Assembly: GCA_965208575.1 (NCBI GenBank)
Contig: CBDBOV010000004.1
Span: 640,001 to 704,000 of the forward strand
From: Spirochaetia bacterium
Lineage (GTDB): Bacteria > Spirochaetota > Spirochaetia > SZUA-6 > Bin103
Direction: 5' to 3'
DNA length: 64,000 nt
The notes beneath the pieces were generated by a model. It saw only the letters and a program-made list of their open reading frames with translations, ran no database searches and had not been told where the DNA came from. Made by a program: the position numbers and the translations under genes. Below are positions 59,277 to 64,000 of the stretch, in pieces (positions within the stretch are counted from its first letter, which is position 1; each line of letters starts with the position of its first letter).

Positions 59277-60242
59277 CTAATACCACCTGGTCTTGTCCAC
59301 AACATTGGTCAGGGGTTCGCCGGCGAGGAAGCGGCGTGCGTTGTCGAGGATGATCCGGAAGCGGCGGTCGGGGATGTTGCCGGCGTCCGCCACCGCCACG
59401 TGCGGCGTCATCAGCACGTTCGGCAGGCCCCACAGCTTGTGATCGGCGGGCAGCGGTTCGTGCTCGTAGACGTCCAGTCCGGCTCCGGCGATCTGGCCCG
59501 ACTCGATCGCGTCGGCGAGGTCGTCGATCCGGCACACCATGCCGCGCCCGATGTTGATGAAGTACGCGGTGGGCTTCATCAGCCGGAAGCGGGCGGCGTC
59601 GAACGTGAACTCGGTCTCCGGCGTGTGCGGGACGGTGGTGATGACGAAGTCGGCGCGCGGCAGGAGGTCGTCCAGTTCGTCCGGGGCGTGCAACTCCACG
59701 TACGGCAGGTCGTACTCCGGGCGCGGCTCTATGCCGATCACGGTCATGCCCAGCTCGCGGCACAGCCTCGCGGTCTCGTGGCCGATGCCCCCTACCCCGT
59801 TGATCAGCGCCGTGGCCTCGCCCAGGTAGACGTAGGGCGTCTTGCGGGCATCCTTGCCCCATACGCGGTTGCGCTGCGCGTCCAGGTACCACGGCAGGCC
59901 GCGCGACAGCGCCAGCACGAACATCAGGATGTGGTGCGAGATGTGGTCCCAGTAGATGCCGCGCGGATTGCAGATCACCAGCGGGTGTTCGATCAGCTCG
60001 CGGTAGTAGTAGCCGTAGAACGGCCCGGCATCGGGATTTTGCACCCAGGCCAGCTTCTCGGCGACCGCGAGTGCCTCCGGGGACACCCAGCCGTACACCG
60101 CGTCGGCGTCGCGGATCGCCGCCAGCGCCTCCCCGTCTGTCTCCGGCGAGGCTACGCGGTACTCGGGCACGGCCTCCGCCAGCCGGGCGGCCAGCATGCG
60201 CCGCTCATCGTCCTGCGGCGGCATGAATACAAACTTGGGCAC
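59277..60242 (-). CDS. D-2-hydroxyacid dehydrogenase family protein
   Basis: GVGGIGHE, FINIGRG, GAGLDVYEHEPLP, TPHVA. Confidence 0.9.
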   Translation of the reverse strand: MPKFVFMPPQDDERRMLAARLAEAVPEYRVASPETDGEALAAIRDADAVYGWVSPEALAVAEKLAWVQNPDAGPFYGYYYRELIEHPLVICNPRGIYWDHISHHILMFVLALSRGLPWYLDAQRNRVWGKDARKTPYVYLGEATALINGVGGIGHETARLCRELGMTVIGIEPRPEYDLPYVELHAPDELDDLLPRADFVITTVPHTPETEFTFDAARFRLMKPTAYFINIGRGMVCRIDDLADAIESGQIAGAGLDVYEHEPLPADHKLWGLPNVLMTPHVAVADAGNIPDRRFRIILDNARRFLAGEPLTNVVDKTRWY

Positions 60243-60342
60243 GTAACGGAACCTCCTGTCGGGTAGCGTAGCCCGTTTCCGGAAAACGCACACGCGGGGG
60301 CCTCACCGGCACCGGCCAGTCGGCCGGCAGGGCGCCGGCACC

Positions 60343-61386
60343 CTACTCCTGTTCCAATTCCAGGAGGCGTTGCTTGCGCCACAGGCCGCCGCCGTAGCCG
60401 GTCAGGGCGCCATTGCTGCCGACCACCCGGTGACAGGGAATGACGACCGCGATCGGGTTGGCGCCGACGGCGCGCCCTACCGGACGGGCGGCGCGCGGCC
60501 GCCCGATCTCGGCGGCGACTCGTCCGTAACTCCAGGTGTCGCCGCGCCGGATTTGCAGCAGCGTCTCCCACACCCGCCGCTGCAGGTCAGTCCCGGCCGG
60601 TTGCAGAGGCAGCTCGAAACAGCGCCGGGCGCCGGCAAAGTACTCGGCGATCTGCTCCGCGGCCCGGTCGATCGGTGGTTCCCGGCCCGGCACCAGCGTC
60701 GCATCCAGACGCCGGCACACTCGCCGGAGTTGCGCCTCGAGGCGCTCCGGATCGGCGAACTCGGCCAAACACAGCTTGCCGTCGACGGCTCCCAGCATCA
60801 TCACGCCCAGCGGAGTGTCCACCGGAGCCACCGCCAGCAGCGTGGAGCCGCCCGCGGCGCCGGGCGATGTGCCGATCAGGTTGTGGATCGCGTCGCTGAA
60901 CCCGCTCAGCGACTCGTAGCCATGGTCGAAGGCGGCGTCCGTCACGGGCGCACCCTGCTGCAGGTCGCCCACCGCCGCGGCCAGCCGCCGGGCGCGGGCG
61001 TAGGCGTGGAAGGTCATCCCGAAGCGGCGCCGGAACCAGCGACGGACCGCCTCCGGGCGCAAGCCGGCCGCGGCCAGGTCGGCATCGGTCCACCGGTGCC
61101 GCGGGTCGCGCTCCAGACCCGCGAGCAGTGTGGTCAGCCACGCCGGCGCCGCGCCGCCGGGATCGAGCGGACGGCAGCGCAGGCAGGGGCGGTAGCCGGC
61201 TGCCAGCGCCTTACCGGCCGTTGCGAAGAACTCCACGTTGCGCGGGTCCGGCTTGCGCGCCGGACAGGAGGAGCGGCAGAAGATGCCGGTGGTACGCACG
61301 GCGGCCACGAACAGGCCGTCGTAGCTGCCGTCCCGGCTGTTGAACGCGGCGAGCATCTCCTCGCGCGGCGGCATCGTCTCAACCAT
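60343..61386 (-). CDS. ada: Bifunctional Ada regulator / O6-methylguanine methyltransferase
   Basis: TTGIFCRSSCPAR, GYRPCLRCRP, AraC HTH GYESLSGF, active site IPCHRV. Confidence 0.93.
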   Translation of the reverse strand: MVETMPPREEMLAAFNSRDGSYDGLFVAAVRTTGIFCRSSCPARKPDPRNVEFFATAGKALAAGYRPCLRCRPLDPGGAAPAWLTTLLAGLERDPRHRWTDADLAAAGLRPEAVRRWFRRRFGMTFHAYARARRLAAAVGDLQQGAPVTDAAFDHGYESLSGFSDAIHNLIGTSPGAAGGSTLLAVAPVDTPLGVMMLGAVDGKLCLAEFADPERLEAQLRRVCRRLDATLVPGREPPIDRAAEQIAEYFAGARRCFELPLQPAGTDLQRRVWETLLQIRRGDTWSYGRVAAEIGRPRAARPVGRAVGANPIAVVIPCHRVVGSNGALTGYGGGLWRKQRLLELEQE

Positions 61387-61525
61387 GGGTCAAACCGTAG
61401 TCCAGCCTGGAGTCCGGTGACCACCGCAAAATGAACACCGAACACCGGGACCCTTGCGCGGCCCCGGTATGCGCGCACGGCTGGTTGAGTTACCCTTGCC
61501 GGCACGGAGCGGAACTCCGCGTTCG

Positions 61526-61621
61526 GGAGAGTGATGGGTGCCTGGTGGTCCCCGCGGTCTTCAAAACCGTTGTCGACCCTGCCGATGCAGGGCGAGGTGG
61601 GTTCGATTCCTACCCTCTCCG
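61526..61621 (+). tRNA. selC: tRNA-Sec (anticodon TCA 61561-61563), CCA not encoded
   Basis: GCGGT-CTTCAAA-ACCGT anticodon arm, long variable arm CCCTGC/GCAGGG, GTGGG-TTCGATT-CCTAC T arm, G discriminator; adjacent to selD and selA. Confidence 0.95.
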
Positions 61622-61652
61622 CACATACCTTGCAGCGAGGGGGGTGATCGAG

Positions 61653-62717
61653 TTGACGCGCGAAGAGATCTTTCGGCTCACGGCGCTGTCGTCGTGCGCC
61701 GGGTGAGCGGCCAAGCTCAGCCAACAGGCACTGGCCCAGGTCCTGGGTCAGCTTCCCGCGATCGACCATCCCAACGTGCTGATCGGTTCGGCTGCCGGCG
61801 ACGATGCAGGAGTGTACCGCCTCGATGCGGAGCGGGCACTGGTGCAGACGGCGGATTTCTTCACGCCCGTGGTCGACGACGGCTACACCTACGGGCGCAT
61901 CGCCGCCGCCAACGCGCTGTCCGACGTGTATGCGATGGGCGGTCGGCCGCTGTCGGCCCTCAACGTCCTCGGCTATCCGCCGGACCAGGTGCCCGACGCG
62001 GTGATCGCCGATATTCTGCGCGGCGGCGCCGACACCGCTCACGGCGCCGGGTGTGTGGTGATCGGTGGACATACGGTGCGCAACCCGGAACCGATCTACG
62101 GCATGGCGGTGACCGGGCTGGTGCATCCGGAACGGTTGCTCACCAAGGACGCGGCGCGGCCCGGGGATCTGCTGATGCTTACCAAGCCGCTGGGAACCGG
62201 CATCGTCACCACGGCCCTGAAACGCGGCGCCGCGCCGGCGCGGGCGGTGGAGCGGGCGGTGGCCGGCATGACGCAACTCAATAGGGCCGGTCCTGATCTC
62301 GCAGCATGCGGGTTGGTTGCCGCGACGGACGTTACCGGCTTCGGGCTGACCGGGCACCTCGCCGACCTGTGCGCCGCGAGCGCATGCGGCGCGGAGCTGT
62401 GGTACGACCGCGTGCCGGCGCTCGATGCCTCGCTCCCGGAGCTGATCGCGAACGGCTGCGTTCCCGGCGGCACCACGAACAACCTGGCCGCTGCCGCGGA
62501 GTCGGTTGACTGGGGCACCTGCCCGGAGCCGACCCGCGTCCTTCTCGCGGACGCGCAGACCAGCGGCGGGCTGCTGTTGTGCGTCCCCGAGGCGCGGCAT
62601 GGCGCGGTGTGCGCCGTGCTCGCCGCCCACGATGCCGTGGCAGCGATCGTGGGACGGGTGACGAGCGCGGCGGACGTCCCCGTTGTCGTCACGACCGCGC
62701 CTGCTCGGGGGTATTGA
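61653..62717 (+). CDS. selD: Selenide, water dikinase; selenoprotein (Sec at TGA 61704-61706); alternative start GTG 61644
   Basis: RLTALSSCAG-U-AAKL, then DDAGVY, QTADFFTP, AANALSDVYAMGG, GGHT, TDVTGFGL, DAQTSGGLL. Confidence 0.93.
61731..61751 (+). promoter_or_regulatory. SECIS element of selD
   Basis: CTGGCCCAG-GTC-CTGGGTCAG hairpin with GU-containing loop, 34 nt after the UGA. Confidence 0.75.
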
Positions 62718-62918
62718 CGCCGTCACCGGCGGGAGCGCTCGCGCCGGGCAACCGCCTCGACGGCCGCCCTCGGCCTCGCTTCCCGACCGCTACCGCTTCG
62801 CGCACGTTCCGCGCACCGGCGGCACCGGGACCGCCACCCGCAGCCGGCATGGTTGCCACCCCTCGGCGCCGTGCGATCCGTGCCACGACGCCCCGGATGT
62901 GGCAGTATCGGCCGCGCG

Positions 62919-64000
62919 ATGAGCAGCTCAAGCGGCGGTCCGCCGCGCACTGACGACCGCAACGAAGCAGGCGTGCGCCCGGCCCGGCGCAACCCGTTCG
63001 AGTCGATTCCGCCGGTCAATCGACTGGTCGACGGACTCGCCGATCTGGGCCTCCCGCGCCGGTTGTGCGTCGATCTGGTGCGGAGCGAGCTGGACCGCAT
63101 CCGGGCCACCTTTCCGGTTCCGCCGCGCCCGGTGATCGAGGCGCGGGTGCGCAGCGCCGCGATGCGGTTGGCGGCTGCACGCCTGCAGCGGGTGATCAAC
63201 GCCACCGGGGTGCTTCTGCATACCAACCTGGGCCGCGCTCCGCTGGGCGACGCGACCGCCGCGCTGGCGGTGGCCACTGGTGGCTACAGCAACCTGGAGC
63301 TGGATCTGATCTCCGGCACGCGCGGCAGCCGGGGGCACTACGTGGAGCGCGCCCTGGCCGCCCTGTGCGAATCCGAAGCCGCTACCGTGGTGAACAACTG
63401 CGCCGCCGCCCTGCTGCTGGCGGCAAGCGCCGCGACCGCCGATCCCGAGCGCCGCGAGGTGATCGTGTCACGCGGCGAGCTGATCCAGATCGGCGGCGGA
63501 TTCCGCATTCCCGACATCCTTACCGCGGCGGGCGCGCGGCTACGGGAGGTCGGCACCACCAATCAGACCACGCGCTCCGACTACGCGGCCGCGTGCGGTG
63601 CCGGCACCGCGGCCCTGCTATCCGTGCACCGCAGCAACTTCGTCATGGAAGGATTCGTGGCCGCGCCGCGGCTCGGCGAGTTGCGCGAAGTGGCAGCGGA
63701 CGCCGGCGTGCCGTTGATAGCCGACCTCGGCAGCGGCGCCGTGACGCGCACCGACGCCGTCGCCGGCCTGCCGCGCGAGCCGCGCCCGCATGATGTACTG
63801 GCAGCCGGGGCGACGCTGGTGTGCTTCAGCGGCGACAAGCTCCTCGGCGGCCCGCAGGCTGGCGTGATCGTCGGCGAGGGGGCATGGATCGGCCGCCTGA
63901 AGGCGCATCCGCTGTTCCGGGCGCTGCGCCTCGACAAGGTGGCGCTGGCGCTGCTGCAGCAGACGGTGGACGGCCATCTGCACGACGCCGGCACGGTTCC
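62919..64000 (+). CDS. selA: L-seryl-tRNA(Sec) selenium transferase, runs off window end
   Basis: VINATGVLLHTNLGRAPL, YSNLELDL..GTRGSR, VVNNCAAA, VSRGELIQIGGGFRIPD, EVGTTN, DLGSG, FSGDKLLGGPQAG; absent from ORF track because it has no stop in the window. Confidence 0.95.
   Translation, partial: MSSSSGGPPRTDDRNEAGVRPARRNPFESIPPVNRLVDGLADLGLPRRLCVDLVRSELDRIRATFPVPPRPVIEARVRSAAMRLAAARLQRVINATGVLLHTNLGRAPLGDATAALAVATGGYSNLELDLISGTRGSRGHYVERALAALCESEAATVVNNCAAALLLAASAATADPERREVIVSRGELIQIGGGFRIPDILTAAGARLREVGTTNQTTRSDYAAACGAGTAALLSVHRSNFVMEGFVAAPRLGELREVAADAGVPLIADLGSGAVTRTDAVAGLPREPRPHDVLAAGATLVCFSGDKLLGGPQAGVIVGEGAWIGRLKAHPLFRALRLDKVALALLQQTVDGHLHDAGTV

Noticed and set aside
1-64000. CRISPR array, rRNA, integron integrase
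   Set aside because: No regularly spaced repeats, cas genes, rRNA motifs or tyrosine recombinase seen by eye.
1-64000. Numerous long overlapping antisense or alternate-frame ORFs (e.g. 13928-16039, 40929-43088, 53761-55770)
   Set aside because: Shadow ORFs expected from high GC3 codon bias; Arg/Gly/Ala-rich or antisense to recognisable genes.

Overview
High-GC bacterial chromosomal window. The many solute-binding proteins, PhyH dioxygenases, TA modules, CRTAC1/FG-GAP and DUF222-HNH genes suggest a host-associated (possibly sponge-symbiont, spirochaete-like) organism; this is inference only. Contents in order: 3' part of an AddA-like helicase-nuclease, glgX, a Fic protein, a GH13_18 phosphorylase, two IS1634 copies with intact 6-bp target duplications (one splits a vapC toxin), a dehydrogenase/sugar-ABC/suyAB operon, three Opp/Dpp-type ABC clusters, four TA loci, GH127, CoA transferase, ada, and many internally deleted gene remnants. 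The strongest signal missed by the ORF track is selenocysteine recoding: a selC-selD-selA locus at the right end (non-canonical 12-bp-type tRNA-Sec; SelD with in-frame UGA and SECIS), plus an OsmC-family selenoprotein at 36896-37396 that the track splits into two ORFs at its catalytic UGA. All assignments come from reading the sequence and recalled family motifs; no searches were run.
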